Shown here: positions 46,501-47,398 of the stretch, piece after piece | Position numbering within the stretch: the stretch's first letter is position 1 | How the letters are laid out: every line of letters starts with the position of its first letter | Source: Malacoraja senta | Lineage: Eukaryota | Assembly: GCA_038087875.1 (NCBI GenBank) | Contig: JAXLNO010001809.1 | Coordinates: 1-47,398, forward strand | Length of the DNA stretch: 47,398 bases | Direction: 5' to 3' | The notes under the pieces: generated by a model | The model's input: the letters and a program-made list of their open reading frames with translations, nothing else | Databases searched by the model: none | What the model was told of the DNA's origin: nothing | Program-made: the position numbers and the translations under genes

Positions 46501-47398
46501 CCAACAGCTTATGTGGTTTGTCACCAAACTCAAAATGTTCCTGTTTTGTAATTTGGAATAATCTTATTACTCTTGCCGAGAGAATTCGGTTAAGTTTAAA
46601 TTTCAGTAGTATTATCTTATTATGTTTATCTATAGTGGGATCTTTAGCATTATCTAACTCTAACTGTCTTATTTCTTGTTCTAACAGCATCTGTTCAGTT
46701 TTATTCTTCTTATTTTGAAAAATTTCATATGAAATTATAATTCCTCTAATAAATGCTTTAAAAGTTTCCCATATTAAAGAAGGTGAGGTACCTGGTGTAT
46801 CATTTATCTCAAAAAATGATATCATTTGTTGTTTCAAATATTGATAACCCTGTAGGTCATTTAATATATATGTGTTAAACCTCCAAAAAAAATTTTTTCC
46901 GGGCATTCCTTCAAATTTTACTAAAGAAGTCAATGGAGAGTGATCAGAAATACTACTAATATGGTAAGTTGGGTTAATTATATATGGCATTAATTTCCTA
47001 TCCACTAAAAAATAATCAATTCTTGAGTATGTTTTATGTACCGAAGAGTAAAACGAGTATTCCCTTCCTGCTGGGTTAGCAGATCTCCATACATCTGTTA
47101 TGTTAGTATTTTTTATATATGTATTTAGAAATTCACTAGTCTTAGATTTTGTATTACTCCTTCTTTGTTTTGCTGATTTGTCTAAGTAAGGATCTAAAAC
47201 ACAATTAAAATCCCCTCCTATTATGACATTTTGATAATTAAACTCCAGTATTATATCTATAATTTTCTCAAAAAATTGAGGGTTATCAAAATTCGGAGCG
47301 TAAATATTTACCATAGTTATTGGGGTAGCATAAATTTCTCCCGAAACTATAATATACCTTCCCTCTTTATCTGATATAGTATTCTTTAATTTGAACGG
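43536..47398 (-). mobile_element. L1-clade LINE, running off the window end
   Basis: A-rich tail at 43536-43563, T-rich 3' UTR and a long intact ORF2. Confidence 0.95.
43847..47398 (-). CDS. L1 ORF2 (endonuclease-RT-CCHC), uninterrupted; N-terminus outside the window
   Basis: The 1155-aa ORF plus 28 more open codons to the window edge (PFKLKNTISDKEGRYIIVSGEIYATPIT). Motifs GGDFN, SDH, TPGPDG, LDAEKAFD, QGCALSP, YADD and CDKC..H..C. Confidence 0.95.
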   Translation of the reverse strand, partial: PFKLKNTISDKEGRYIIVSGEIYATPITMVNIYAPNFDNPQFFEKIIDIILEFNYQNVIIGGDFNCVLDPYLDKSAKQRRSNTKSKTSEFLNTYIKNTNITDVWRSANPAGREYSFYSSVHKTYSRIDYFLVDRKLMPYIINPTYHISSISDHSPLTSLVKFEGMPGKNFFWRFNTYILNDLQGYQYLKQQMISFFEINDTPGTSPSLIWETFKAFIRGIIISYEIFQNKKNKTEQMLLEQEIRQLELDNAKDPTIDKHNKIILLKFKLNRILSARVIRLFQITKQEHFEFGDKPHKLLARQLKKQEKENTINKIKSENGELLTLPKDINKRFVQFYQNLYTSKTKTEDSKITNFLDKCNLPKLDLLEQEELGAQITIEEIGETIKLLKNGKTPGPDGFSNEFYKKFHEITTPYLFNLYTHVFKENKLPETLAESTITLIPKKDKDLEEPGSYRAISLLNTDQKILAKTLARRLSKYISKLINPDQTGFIPKRYSFNNLRRLFNIMYSHKKEEKDLAIISLDAEKAFDQVEWQYLYIVLQKFNMGENFIAWVKLLYDKPMARILTNSMLSQKFQLSRGNRQGCALSPLLFALMIEPLAESIRSHPNIQGYNTRDSNNKISLYADDILLYITNSQTSIPNLLNLIEEFGSFSGYRINWNKSEIMTLKPQESTHLLKFPFKIATEKFKYLGIQITRKHKALFNANFIPLINKLNIMIKFWKTLPLSLIGRINAIKMSFLPQLLYLFQSIPVYVPKYFFSKLNANITNFVWDYKSHRIKKEHLCKPKDVGGLSLPNFLYYYWAIHIKNIIYWLDSSTQQTEWIKMEKEDCYPCNIGAILFSPKKMNNTIYKKNPIIQDTIRIWKQIKLSLKLRNLSLLTPIANNPLFKPSMMDKIYNQWESLGIKRIGDMYEMGDLLSFQQLQLKFKLKNTHYFKYFQICNFLKTYIQGYQKITPDLLEEVMNIKADTQKLIAYLYNSILNIDLPVTEVIREEWERELLIKITKATWEKYLTYIHKCSINARHNLIQFKILHRLYYSKTRLNKCYPNISPICDKCLIQEATITHSFVSCIKLHGFWSDIFEIFTKLFKTKMEPNNELIIFGVMEDGNKLSSSQKSIFNYGLIIAKKLILKFWKNTPIPTLKMWIASMLDTAHLEEMRFLLIDKFDQFITSWSPFVVFLETYGAKQV

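Overview
This is eukaryotic DNA, inferred to be from a cartilaginous fish and most likely a skate (Rajidae). It is not prokaryotic, and I found no rRNA, tRNA or CRISPR features. The only host gene is one immunoglobulin heavy-chain cluster of the IgW (IgX) isotype on the + strand. It has a leader exon (16951-16996) and a V exon already fused to J in the genome (17097-17425, no RSS, no recognisable D, five frame disruptions). It also has an intact CH1 exon (25610-25918) and one more intact C exon (41320-41637) resembling IgNAR C3 / IgW CH4. I could not find CH2 or CH3 between the two C exons. Most of the rest is nested mobile DNA. This includes several CR1-clade LINE families, a near-full-length Tx1-clade LINE ending 33 bp upstream of the IgW ATG, and a complete DIRS1 element with ITR/ICR ends. 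There is also an L1 with an uninterrupted ORF2, Penelope-like fragments, a Gypsy 5' fragment, a probable solo LTR, Harbinger-type relics and Rex/Babar-type fragments. The best leads are variations on known biology rather than a clearly new system: the D-less out-of-frame germline join, the missing middle C exons next to intact ones, TACAGTA excision footprints and a DIRS integration core. Family assignments come from motif recognition and recalled sequences, not database searches, and repeat boundaries are approximate.
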